Source: Candidatus Micrarchaeota archaeon (GTDB lineage: Archaea > Micrarchaeota > Micrarchaeia > Micrarchaeales > CABMGC01). From it: 64,000 nucleotides of DNA. The stretch is from assembly GCA_021797995.1 (NCBI GenBank), contig JAJZYR010000001.1, forward strand, positions 6,114 to 70,113, given 5' to 3'. The position numbers and the translations under genes are program-made. The notes under the pieces are model-generated. The model saw only the letters and a program-made list of their open reading frames with translations. It was not told the origin of the DNA and made no database searches. Of the stretch, positions 35,929 to 45,800 are shown in pieces. Each line of letters begins with the position of its first letter. Positions within the stretch are counted from its first letter, which is position 1.

Positions 35929-37857
35929 TTAGCCTATCCCATTGCTCGTATCCAGCTTTATTAGCCTCTTGAGTTCCAACGAATATTCAAGGGGTAGCAC
36001 CTTCGTAAGGTCGTCTATAAATCCCAGGACTATCATAGCTATCGCATCATCCTCCTGGATTCCCCTTGACGTCAGGTAGAAGATGTCGTCATCGCTTATC
36101 TTCCCAACCCTCGCCTCGTGGCTTACCATCGCGTCGCTCCGGTTTATCTGGTTGTACGGAAAGGTATTTGTCTTTGCGTTCTCGTCGAGCAGGAGCGCAT
36201 CGCATGAGACGTGGGCCTTTACGTTAGCAGCATTCTTCGCCACGTGCATAAGTCCCCGGAAGGTGGTTACTCCACTTCCCTTTGATATACTCTTCGAGAC
36301 TATCTTTGAAGTGGTGTTAGAAGCGAGATGGTATATCTTGCCGCCAGAGTCCTGAACCTGTCCATCCCCCGCTATTGCTATCGAGAGAACCTCCCCGCGT
36401 GCGTGTTCTCCCATAAGGTATATCGAGGGATATTTCATGTTCACCTTGCTGCCTATATTCGCGTCGATCCATTCAACTCTTCCATTCTTCGCAACGTGGG
36501 CGCGCTGCGTGACAAGGTTGTAGATATTTTTTGACCAGTTCTGAACTGTTACGTATCTGATGTGGGCCCCTTCAAGCGCAACGAGCTCTACAACTGCAGC
36601 ATGAAGTGAGTCTTTCTTGTAGACTGGCGCAGTGCAGTTGTGTACAAGTACCCCTCCGGCAACATAACTTTCGTCCTCCTCAACACTGAAGTTGTACACG
36701 TTTATCTTATCAACTTCTATAGATGATATGGAATTAACTGCTACGAGCGCATAGTCTTCCAGGGTCTCTGATCTCAACAGCTTTACATTCCCGGAAAGGA
36801 TCTCTGTTAAGATGTCCAATTTGTGGTTGATTACGCTTGATATCGGCATGACTAGATAGTCTCCAATATGAACATTTGATACTTTCACCCACGTTGCAGT
36901 AAGGTTCTTGTTATTCGGTTTCTCTACCTCGCGCCTAACAACAAGCAATGGATGTTCTTCTGTAACATTCAAGTCTTGTTTGCAGTTAACATAACTGACC
37001 TGATACAATTTTCCGGCATACTGCCTTACCTGGGCACTGTAGACCCTCCTGTATACGCCATTATGGGTCAGGGTCCTGTCCCCTACTTTTATCTCTTCTA
37101 TCGCTTTTACCCCATTATCTGTAACCACCCCTGTCCCTGCTATGAAACACCCCTCGATATAGGTAACATCAGCGCCCTCATCGGCGATTATGAGCGTCCT
37201 CTCGAACTGGCCGGCATTCATGGCGTTTATCCTGAAATATGCGTTGAGCGCCATCGGAACCTTGACTCCTTTTGGGACATAAATAAAACTTCCACCACTC
37301 CATGTTGCGGTGTTTAGCGCCGCGAACTTGTTGTCCGTGGCTGGTATCTCCGCCCCAAAGTACTTCTTCATGAGCTCCGGGTACTTCTTTACGGCACTGT
37401 CCGTATCCGTGAATATTATTCCGAGCCTGTCCAGCTCCTTGTTCACATGCGAGTACACGACCCCACTGTCGAACTGCGCCTCTGCGCCGGAGAAGAACTT
37501 CCTCTCTGCTTCAGGCACCCCCAGCTTGTCGAACGTGTCCTTGATCTCCGGAGGCACGTCCTCCCAGCTCTTTGACTCTCCCCCCTTGGGCTTCAGGTAA
37601 TAGTAATATTCATTGAAATCGATTTTGCTGAGGTCTGCACCCCATGCCGGTACAGGCTTGTGCTGAAAGACCCTGAAACCTGTGAGCCTTTTCTCAAGCA
37701 TCCACTCCGGCTCGCCCTTCAGCTTAGAGATTCTTCTGACAATCTCTTCGGACAACCCCCTTGGAAACACATCGTATTCGACATCCTTGCTGAATCCGTA
37801 CTTCTTTATGTACTCCGACTTGTCAGCCATCTCCCCTATTCCTTCATTTGCCATCAA
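35929..37857 (-). CDS. sufB: Fe-S cluster assembly protein SufB, interrupted by an in-frame mini-intein
   Basis: The SufB exteins (…ADEGADVTYIEG | CTAPVYKKDSLHAAVVE… and …EARVGKISDDDIFYLTSRGIQEDDA) flank a 171-aa insertion. The total is 642 aa against about 470 for intein-less SufB. Confidence 0.9.
   Translation of the reverse strand: MMANEGIGEMADKSEYIKKYGFSKDVEYDVFPRGLSEEIVRRISKLKGEPEWMLEKRLTGFRVFQHKPVPAWGADLSKIDFNEYYYYLKPKGGESKSWEDVPPEIKDTFDKLGVPEAERKFFSGAEAQFDSGVVYSHVNKELDRLGIIFTDTDSAVKKYPELMKKYFGAEIPATDNKFAALNTATWSGGSFIYVPKGVKVPMALNAYFRINAMNAGQFERTLIIADEGADVTYIEGCFIAGTGVVTDNGVKAIEEIKVGDRTLTHNGVYRRVYSAQVRQYAGKLYQVSYVNCKQDLNVTEEHPLLVVRREVEKPNNKNLTATWVKVSNVHIGDYLVMPISSVINHKLDILTEILSGNVKLLRSETLEDYALVAVNSISSIEVDKINVYNFSVEEDESYVAGGVLVHNCTAPVYKKDSLHAAVVELVALEGAHIRYVTVQNWSKNIYNLVTQRAHVAKNGRVEWIDANIGSKVNMKYPSIYLMGEHARGEVLSIAIAGDGQVQDSGGKIYHLASNTTSKIVSKSISKGSGVTTFRGLMHVAKNAANVKAHVSCDALLLDENAKTNTFPYNQINRSDAMVSHEARVGKISDDDIFYLTSRGIQEDDAIAMIVLGFIDDLTKVLPLEYSLELKRLIKLDTSNGIG
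36637..37149 (-). mobile_element. Mini-intein (171 aa, no homing-endonuclease domain) inside SufB
   Basis: It starts with Cys (CFIAGTGVVT, block A), has TLTH (block B TxxH), and ends VYNFSVEEDESYVAGGVLVHN followed by the +1 Cys of CTAP. I checked the codons at both junctions: aca at 37147-37149 and gtt at 36637-36639 on the plus strand. Confidence 0.85.
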
Positions 37858-37863
37858 TCAAAC

Positions 37864-38262
37864 CTACCCTCTCGCTGCCTTTGAAAACCTGCATGCAAAG
37901 CCGTTTTCCATGCTGCATATAGTGCAGATTGCCATGCCCGCATACTCCTTCCTCCCAGCAGCTATCCGGCTTACATGGCCCGCTATGGCACTCCTGTCAA
38001 TGCCAGCCTCTATTTTCATTATTTCATTGGAATATCTGCCTTTGAGATACTTTGAGACAGCCGCCTGCGCCACATCGAGGTAGTTTGCAATCTCCTGCTC
38101 GGTCATCTCATACTTTTCGTTCAGCTCCTTTGCTATGATCGATCGCGCTGCCGGTACGATTAACTTTGTTGCGCGCATGTATCCGTTGATCATCAAACCT
38201 CCGCCTACATTTATAACTGAGTTATATGGCACGCTCTGCTTTATATATCTTAGTGCTGGCAC
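37864..38262 (-). CDS. HTH transcriptional regulator with a C-terminal Cys cluster, upstream of the suf genes
   Basis: The HTH reads MTEQEIANYLDVAQAAVSKYLKG. The C-terminus is AICTICSMENGFACRF (C-x2-C-x7-C). The likely start is ATG 38193 (MINGYM). Confidence 0.55.
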   Translation of the reverse strand: MPALRYIKQSVPYNSVINVGGGLMINGYMRATKLIVPAARSIIAKELNEKYEMTEQEIANYLDVAQAAVSKYLKGRYSNEIMKIEAGIDRSAIAGHVSRIAAGRKEYAGMAICTICSMENGFACRFSKAARG

Positions 38263-38311
38263 TGCGGCATTGGCGCAGGAAGGGAGCGCAGATGCATCAT
38301 GGCAGGGCGGC

Positions 38312-39061
38312 CTATAGGCCTTCCTGCGGCTCCTTTGAGGCTATGCCGTTGGGCGTTATCTCAAACTGCACAGGAGTTTCCTTAAAATCAGTGTATCGCA
38401 TCTTCACAATCGTAGCCCTGTGCTTCACCTTCCCATCCTCATTGCGCTTGCCGAGCTTTATTATTCCGTCGAACATCGCCTCGTCGTAGAGCCCCGCAAC
38501 CCTCCCTCCCGACCTTGACGAGGTTTCACTTACTATTATGCTTGTAACGCCCTTTCCCCTCAGGTAATCGGTTATCAGGGCAAGCGCCTTTGTAAAGGCC
38601 CTGTCGTCGTTCAGGTTTGCGCGTATCATCCCGAGCGAATCTATGAACATCAGATTTGCACCCTTTGCCTTTATCGCGTTCTCGAGTATGACGAGGAACC
38701 TCTCTATCACATCGCTCGATTTTATGGCTATGATTATCTCCCGCTGCACTATGAAGAAGTTGCCTGACTCAACAAGCGCGTCGACGTCGCTGAACGCAGG
38801 GAATACTGTCTTCATATCCTTTATCAGAAACTCCTTTGACTCATCTATTGCAAGATAGACTATAGGGTTTCCAGACTTTGCGTTTGTGTATGCTGTGGTA
38901 AGCGCCAGCAGCGTCTTGCCAGTGCCGGTATCTCCTATTACAAGGACCTGGCTTCCCTGCGGTATGCCTCCCTTGAGCACATTGTCTATCCCTGCGACGC
39001 CAGTGCCGATTCTAGTTATCTTACCAGAAGCTTCCGACATATGCATCGCCTGATCTAACAT
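38312..39061 (-). CDS. KaiC/RecA-superfamily ATPase (single-domain KaiC-like)
   Basis: TGVAGIDNVLKGGIPQGSQVLVIGDTGTGKTLLAL carries Walker A and LMFIDSLG is Walker B-like. The ~250-aa length is typical of archaeal KaiC-like proteins. Confidence 0.75.
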   Translation of the reverse strand: MLDQAMHMSEASGKITRIGTGVAGIDNVLKGGIPQGSQVLVIGDTGTGKTLLALTTAYTNAKSGNPIVYLAIDESKEFLIKDMKTVFPAFSDVDALVESGNFFIVQREIIIAIKSSDVIERFLVILENAIKAKGANLMFIDSLGMIRANLNDDRAFTKALALITDYLRGKGVTSIIVSETSSRSGGRVAGLYDEAMFDGIIKLGKRNEDGKVKHRATIVKMRYTDFKETPVQFEITPNGIASKEPQEGL

Positions 39062-39190
39062 AACCCCAACTTACTTAAAAAGGCTTTCGGACTGTATTAC
39101 CGCGACTTGAATTCCGCCTGAACATGAATATGCGGGGATAACGGATAGGAACTATAATACCGGACTATAGGATGCTTTTCAGTGTTGAGT

Positions 39191-39958
39191 CTACAGGAGA
39201 CGGAGAAATCCTGCCCATGGATCCGCATCCCCGCTTAATATGATGTCGAATCCCTTATAACCGGACAGACCTGGCTTTGGATTTATGCCGACCCTTAGGC
39301 TAGCCTTTTTGGCTATTGGCAGATCGTCTGTGCTATCGAAGAAGCAGGCAAACTTGCCTTCGGCATGCCGCTGCTCCACCAATCTTGATAGCATCCTCTC
39401 TTTCATTTGTTGCGGATCTTCTATCGGCATGTCGGTCTTACCAGAAAATCTTTCGCCAGATCCTGCGCTTTCCGACAGGTATCCAACTGAAAAGGCCTTG
39501 GCCAGACCAAGGTGCTCCTGCGCTATCTCGGCCACAAAGTCTGCCGTAAGCGAGATCAGATAAGCGCGAATGCCGTACTTTTCCTTCAGTTCCCGGATTA
39601 CGGCGCCAGCTGATTTATAAGAATTTGATATCAGCTTTCTGGACATTGAGATAAATTCTCCTCTGTCCTCGTTCTTTAATAGGCTGACATATCCGGTGTA
39701 CGCGCTCTTGAAGTCCCCTCCTTTATAAATCGTTGCGATATTTTTGAGCTTCTCTAATTTGTCTCTGTACGCGCTTTCGCCATTATGTTCCAGAAAGACT
39801 TTCCGTGTTAAGTCAAATATAAAGAGCCCTGGATATAGCGTTCCGTCAAAATCGAAGACGGCGTAATCCATTGTTGCAAGGGCTTCCAAGAAGCTGCCAT
39901 AGTTACTTCCTTGCGTGAAGATAATTGAACCCCTTTCCGGTTCCTCTGCGCCCCTCAT
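39191..39958 (-). CDS. HAD-superfamily (IB/SerB-like) phosphatase
   Basis: Motif I is canonical (AVFDFDGTLYPG), and the later motifs are LISLTADF and FFDSTDDLP. ATG 39958 overlaps the upstream stop (ATGA). ATG 39871 (MDYAVFDFDGT) is an alternative start. Confidence 0.7.
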   Translation of the reverse strand: MRGAEEPERGSIIFTQGSNYGSFLEALATMDYAVFDFDGTLYPGLFIFDLTRKVFLEHNGESAYRDKLEKLKNIATIYKGGDFKSAYTGYVSLLKNEDRGEFISMSRKLISNSYKSAGAVIRELKEKYGIRAYLISLTADFVAEIAQEHLGLAKAFSVGYLSESAGSGERFSGKTDMPIEDPQQMKERMLSRLVEQRHAEGKFACFFDSTDDLPIAKKASLRVGINPKPGLSGYKGFDIILSGDADPWAGFLRLL

Positions 39959-40734
39959 AGGAATTTCCTGCCAGGATACTCTTTTGCAGCAGCATACATG
40001 CCGTCTAGTTCTTTAAATCCGCCATCCTGCTCTAATCGGTTTCCTACGTGTATGGCATCGGCTCCGGCTGCAAATAATGCTTTGGCATTGGCTACCGTAT
40101 TAATTCCGCTGGTGGGGATTACAAAGAGTTGCGTATGTTCCGCAAGCCTTTCTATATGCGATGTTGGAGGCGGACTGGCGCTGCCTGACCCGCCAGCCAT
40201 GACATAGAATCTTATGCCCAGGAACTGGGCCGCTTTGGCTACGGCAAGACTGAGTTCTGGCTTGTCCTTTGGTATGGGATTGCTCCTAGTAATCCAATTC
40301 GCCGTGCCTACTGAGCCCCTATCGTCAAACACATATACAGTGGGGAGAGCCTCCAATTCATTCTTCTCCATCTGCATCGAATTTGAGATAAGACCGTCCC
40401 AGTTGTAAAGCGTATTGAGGGCGTTTGGCACCTGCATCCAGTACGCGGCTGTTCTTCCGGCCTTCCCTTTTATGGCATTTATATTTGCAGTCAGATACAG
40501 CAGGACCAGGAAATCGTAGTCATTTACCGCCATATCCAGCAATCTCTGTGTATTAACAGCGTCTATGGTGCTGCCGCCCACTGCAATTAGCTTTATTCCT
40601 ATGTCTTTAACCTGCCTGAACCATTTGTTGCCTTGCTCTACCGTATTCTTATCGGGATCCAATTGCGGTATAACAAGAGGGTGCTCCTCCCTCAACTCGT
40701 ATATCACCTTCTCTACTTTACCTATCTGGAGCAT
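39955..40734 (-). CDS. Geranylgeranylglyceryl-phosphate synthase / PcrB-family prenyltransferase (divergent)
   Basis: VIPQLDPDK, LIAVGGS, EALPTVYVFDDRGSVGTANW...IPKDKPELSLAVAKAAQFLGIRFYVMAGGSGS and AAGADAIHVGN match the GGGPS layout. The usual GGGI turn reads PTSGI. Confidence 0.7.
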   Translation of the reverse strand: MLQIGKVEKVIYELREEHPLVIPQLDPDKNTVEQGNKWFRQVKDIGIKLIAVGGSTIDAVNTQRLLDMAVNDYDFLVLLYLTANINAIKGKAGRTAAYWMQVPNALNTLYNWDGLISNSMQMEKNELEALPTVYVFDDRGSVGTANWITRSNPIPKDKPELSLAVAKAAQFLGIRFYVMAGGSGSASPPPTSHIERLAEHTQLFVIPTSGINTVANAKALFAAGADAIHVGNRLEQDGGFKELDGMYAAAKEYPGRKFL

Positions 40735-40741
40735 TATGCCA

Positions 40742-41881
40742 TCATTCCTCGAAGATCAAAGCCAAATGATTATTATGCATGTCTGCCTGCGGCTTATTAA
40801 GTTTAACCTCACGCTTGTATATCTTGGAGAATATGCCGCCCAAGAGGCCCCTTATGATAAGGAAGTCGATGTCCTTGTACCATTTCGTCCAGGGGAAATG
40901 GTTTATAACAATCTGGATTTTATTCATTGGCGCAGGGATGAGTATAACCTCGCCCCACCCCAGCGCTGTCATTAGTTCTACTGTGGATTTCGCGTCGTTG
41001 CCTAGACCTTCGAACAGATTCTGGCCTATCGAATATGCGATGCTGAATATCTTTCCATCCATCCCATTTTCTTTTAGCCCAAGCTCCAGGAGATAGAGTC
41101 CGCTTGCCTCCATGAGGAAAAATCTTTCGTTGCCTGACCTGAGCTTGATTATGCCGCCTTCATAATTGAATATCTTTGCGTCTAGATAGCTGCTGAATGA
41201 CTTGTCGTATCTTACCTTTACCTCCTGGTTGAACAGGTTATACTGCTTCACCTCCTGCTGCAGACCATCCAAGTTGGTTTCCCTGAATACCTTATCTTTA
41301 GACGACTTAAGATTATCGAACGTGGAGCAAGTAACATTGCAAATGTACTTATTGTCAACTACTTTGCTGTTTGAGTAATATCCTTCTATGGTCTTATCTT
41401 GCAATAGCCATGCAATAACACCTGCCGCGCCACCCGTAGCAAGGAAGAAGTCGTAGCCGAGCTTTCTGCATATGACGAAATTCTTTAGCGTGTAATTGAC
41501 CGTCTTGCTGCTTAGGTCTATTTCCTGCCGTATCTCACTTGCATAAGTGCCTTCAACGAACTTGCTGGCTATTATGATCCAGTCTTTTATGCCATTACCT
41601 GGATGGTCCTTAATATTCTCAAATCTGCCAAGCTGGGAAAAGCTATATCCGAATTTCTTGCCTATGGAATAAATAGCACTTCTTCCTGCATCCCCGTACT
41701 CTTCGATTATGTCCTTCTCGAGCTGGATAAAGAATCCCTCAGGCACGAGCACCTGTCTGGCAAATACGTTTGTTTTACCTGAGATCTTAAAGTCCACAAA
41801 CCCTGGCTTATCAAGGATCAGGGCCTTCGGGATAACAAACCGCCTTATATAAAGCCTGACAAGATTATCTTTAATGTCCAT
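40742..41881 (-). CDS. Protein with two V4R-like (4-vinyl-reductase-type ligand-binding) modules
   Basis: Two halves each end in a V4R-like pattern: FVICRKLGYDFFLATGGAAGVIAWLL...YICNVTC, and FPWTKWYKDIDFLIIRGLLGGIFSKIY. The call is by pattern recollection only. Confidence 0.4.
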   Translation of the reverse strand: MDIKDNLVRLYIRRFVIPKALILDKPGFVDFKISGKTNVFARQVLVPEGFFIQLEKDIIEEYGDAGRSAIYSIGKKFGYSFSQLGRFENIKDHPGNGIKDWIIIASKFVEGTYASEIRQEIDLSSKTVNYTLKNFVICRKLGYDFFLATGGAAGVIAWLLQDKTIEGYYSNSKVVDNKYICNVTCSTFDNLKSSKDKVFRETNLDGLQQEVKQYNLFNQEVKVRYDKSFSSYLDAKIFNYEGGIIKLRSGNERFFLMEASGLYLLELGLKENGMDGKIFSIAYSIGQNLFEGLGNDAKSTVELMTALGWGEVILIPAPMNKIQIVINHFPWTKWYKDIDFLIIRGLLGGIFSKIYKREVKLNKPQADMHNNHLALIFEE

Positions 41882-41889
41882 TCGACCGC

Positions 41890-42657
41890 CTATAGCAGGC
41901 TTATCCCATTTTGATCAATGTCATAAGACTTTGCTCCTCCATCGATTTTTGTACTTCTCATCTTCTTTATCTCAAGCGTCCTGCTTAGGGTGTCCCCGAC
42001 AGTCATGGCCGTAAGATTCACCAAACCGTCACATACGTACTCGCTTACGCCATCTACCGTGGCTTGGCTGTTCTGGCCACCGCCGGATGCCTCATCCGTA
42101 ATAATAATGTTAGTGGTGCCGAACTTTGAGAGATGGTTTATTGTCAGGTAGGTAATCCGCTGCTTTGAATCGCCTGTATAGAACAGGTTCTGGTCCACTA
42201 TGTTCGACGAGCTCAGAACCCTGACGATATCCTCATCGTATACAAGGGGCACCTCAAACTGGTCTATGTTTATCGCAAACGCGGCGAGGCTGTCAAAGAC
42301 CATGCGCTCGGCCTTGATCCTCTTGACTTCTTCCGATATGCTGTCGAAGAGCTTTACTTTCTTTCTGTCCAGGGGCACCTTTACTATTGCAAGCTTATCT
42401 TCTTTTTCAAGCTTCGCTATATCCCATCCGAACTGTCTTCCCTGTTCCCTGAAGATATCATCTGCCATGTCGAGCGAGACGTAGACTCCAGGATGTCCCT
42501 CGATGGCCCCTTTGTAAAGATACTCCATCCCGAAGATGGTTTTGCCCGTTCCTGGAAGGCCGGAAACCAGGATGTTAAAGCCTTTCGGGAATCCTCCCTC
42601 AATTAGCTTGTCAAAGCCCTTTATTCCTGTACTTACCCTCTCTATGCGAACACCCAG
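41890..42657 (-). CDS. KaiC/RecA-superfamily ATPase (second KaiC-like); start codon unresolved
   Basis: The track ORF starts at ATG 42528. However, the frame upstream reads (L)GVRIERVSTGIKGFDKLIEGGFPKGFNILVSGLPGTGKTIFG, which is the canonical N-terminus plus Walker A. That stretch is bounded by an in-frame TAG at 42658-42660 and has no ATG, GTG or TTG in between. Confidence 0.7.
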   Translation of the reverse strand: MGVRIERVSTGIKGFDKLIEGGFPKGFNILVSGLPGTGKTIFGMEYLYKGAIEGHPGVYVSLDMADDIFREQGRQFGWDIAKLEKEDKLAIVKVPLDRKKVKLFDSISEEVKRIKAERMVFDSLAAFAINIDQFEVPLVYDEDIVRVLSSSNIVDQNLFYTGDSKQRITYLTINHLSKFGTTNIIITDEASGGGQNSQATVDGVSEYVCDGLVNLTAMTVGDTLSRTLEIKKMRSTKIDGGAKSYDIDQNGISLL

Positions 42658-42872
42658 CTACTAATAAGAGGTGATGATTTAAATACATGACCTCAATATT
42701 CGTGCGGCGGGTTCTGGAGATGCAGCAATTAGATTGCCGGTGGGCGCTCCAATCGCTGACGCTGACTTCCGCCTGCACCGTAGCGCATGGATAGACAGAC
42801 TAGGCTGCGGCCGTGCTGCCTGCCGCTCGTGGAAACGATGCCAGGCGCCCTGCAGGCATGGCACCTCACCCA

Positions 42873-45800
42873 TCATGACCTGCACAGGGGCGATGCTGTC
42901 ATCCACTTGCAGTTCGTCGCCACAGGCCCTAGGCATGCATTTCCGCCTGTATCAAGGTTGCCGCTGCTTACATTGACAGAGCCTCCGGAACACAGTATCC
43001 CTTCCTTTGAAAATCCTGAAAACCTGTTGTTTCCTATAATGGCCTGGTCTGCGCCTATCATGTACATCCCCACCGCCCCCCCGGTAGCGTTAGTCATGTT
43101 AACCGCCATGTTCGAACCGCCGATTATCGAAAGGCTGACATTCACATCTGCAAAGGTATTGTTTCTTATACTGCCAAACGTGGAACCTTGCGCATATACC
43201 CCATATGATGCGTTCTCCACCCTGTTGTTTGCCACGGTTGCATACTTGGCGTTGGAGAGCGTTATGGAGGCATTGGCGCTACCCACTGTGTTATTTATGA
43301 TCTCTGTGTACGAGCCCCCAGATATTATGGGAGTCGTAAAGTTCTTTATGTAGCAGTTCTCGATCCTGACGTTGGAAGCGTTTATGTCCCTGACAAAGGT
43401 TCCGCCTTTGCTTGCAAAGATCGTATGTCCATTGCAGTTTATCACTGTGCCATTTGCCGAGCTCGTCGCAGTCACTGTTATGGTATTCGAGGTCCTGTTA
43501 AGAGTCCGGCCCTGGGTATTGTATACCGTGTAGCATGTCTGTCCGTAAGGATAGTATATATCGGAGGACATCGAGACAAGGGTGGTGCCGCTTATCGCCA
43601 TGCACTGCGACTGCAACTGCACCGGCGGTATCTCGACGAGCCATCTGCAGTCGACCTTGCTGACTCCGTTGTTTACGCCGCCCTGCTGCGCATACAGGCC
43701 TGAGGAGTCGGCAGAGCAGTAATAATCTCCCTTTGCGTTGTCCGAAGCCGTGTTGTTCGAGATCCTGTTATTTATGGAATTGACAAACGAGAAGCCATGG
43801 CCTCCGCTTCCTATCGCATTGTTTGACAGTATGGCATCCCCGCTCGAATTGTTGAATGAATAGCCTACCTTCCCATCAACCGTGGCATTGACTGACGTTC
43901 CGGTTACCGTTGAGTTGTCGAGGCTGTTAAAAGCGAAGCCCGCGGCAACAGGATCAAGCACCCTTATTCCTGAGAATTTTGCGTAAATAGCGTTGTAGAT
44001 AGACAGGCCTGTGGCCGACGCATTGACGTTTATACCGTTTATACTTAGATATGCCGTATTGGTAAAGTTCATGCCTAAGCCGAAATTCTGTATGTTGCAT
44101 CCGCTGATAGTGTCGTTTGACACCCCGTCGCCCATGAATGCGCTTCCGCTTCCCGTATTTATAATCAGATAGTTGTTGCAGCTGAAGTCTACATTGTTAG
44201 CCGCTATCACAAAGCAGTTGCCTCCCTGCTTGTTCACGTTGCCGGTAAGCGAGTAGTTGCCAGGTTTCAAGATCGTTTCGCATGAGGTTACCGGAAGGAC
44301 GCTGAGGGGCGGAGGGGCCCTGACGCTGCATGCGGCCCAGCCGCAATCGCTGACGCCGCAGGTGTTGCCCGAGAAGAGGTTTGACTGCGCTTTGTAGGTG
44401 CCCACATTGCAGTAAAGGTCCTGGTTTGCATTGTTTTCAAGCCGGTCCTGCCTGTAGATATTCGAACCGCCGCTTGACGAGTATATTCCATATGTATTAT
44501 TGCTTACTGACAGGCTGCTGAACGTCATTCCAGTTGTCGCATTTATGTATATCCCGTATTTGCTTCCGGTCAGCACCGAATTGGATATCGCCCCTGTGGT
44601 CACATTGTTCAGCAGGATGCCCGTTACAGAACCAGAGAGCGTAATGCCTGTTACATTGAACTGGAAGACCCTTGCCGCGTTTATCCCTATCGTGTCATTC
44701 GAGAGGACGCAGTCAGACACGGTGATATTGTATAATCCAGAGGATTCCGGCGGGATGTTTATCCCGTATCCGGAATTACGTATCGAATTGCCATGGCAGT
44801 CCAGCTTCACGTCAGGAGCCGCAATGTTTATGCATGCTGCAGTTTTGGATGACGGAGCCGAGAGATTCAGGTAATCGCCAAGATTCAGGTTCTCCTGCAC
44901 CGCATACGTTCCGGGGGAGGTTATAGAACCGCACTGGCTTACCTGCTTCGAGAGCGTCACGGTGCTTATGTTTGTCGGTATATTGACATTCGAGCATTGC
45001 GCAAAGTTGCAGAACCTGTTTATGCTGCACTTCGAACTGGTGAAGTTGTTTGACGAGCGGAAGCCGGCACTGCCTGAGCAGACAAGGTCCACTGGATTGC
45101 CAATGAAGCTGTCCCCGGAAAACCTGTTCCCGGTAGAATTGACCACTACGCCATAGAATGCGTTGCCCTGGATATTGTCCTTCAGGATCCTGTCAGAGCC
45201 CCCTCCCTGCAGCGAGATGCCGCCCAGATTGCTTGCAATCCCGGAGATGTTGTCTCCGGCGATTAAGTTGTTTGCCGATGAGCTCAGGTAAATGCCTGAG
45301 ACCGTGCCGTTCATTGCGCTGCTGTTTGTCACAGAGGACTCGGTAGACCTGTTAAAGTAGATATCGAAAGAGAACTTTGAGACGTCAACTCCGGTCACGG
45401 TCACATTAGTGACCCCGTCAAGCCTTATCCCATAGGTATATGGGGGGGTAAGCACGTACGGACCGCTGCCATCGATCTTGTTGCCGTTCCCGACAAGCCT
45501 TACGTCGCTGCTCTTTATGTCTATGCAAGAGCCGTTGGAGATGCCGGTGTTTATGGTGCCTGTGATGAAGTATGTGCCGGGAGAGGTTATCACAGCACAC
45601 GAGGATATCTTGAAGACCTGCGTGGCAGGCACTGTGGTGGTTGCCACAGGCCCCGGATGGCCCTTGTTCAAGAATGCAAGGTAATAAGCTGCGATGGCTA
45701 TTGCTATGACTGCAACGGCAACCGCAATAAGCTTAACCTTCCTTCTCGACCTTATCTTGCTGTCTATATTTTCGATTATCTCTGGGTTGCCCGCGGATTC

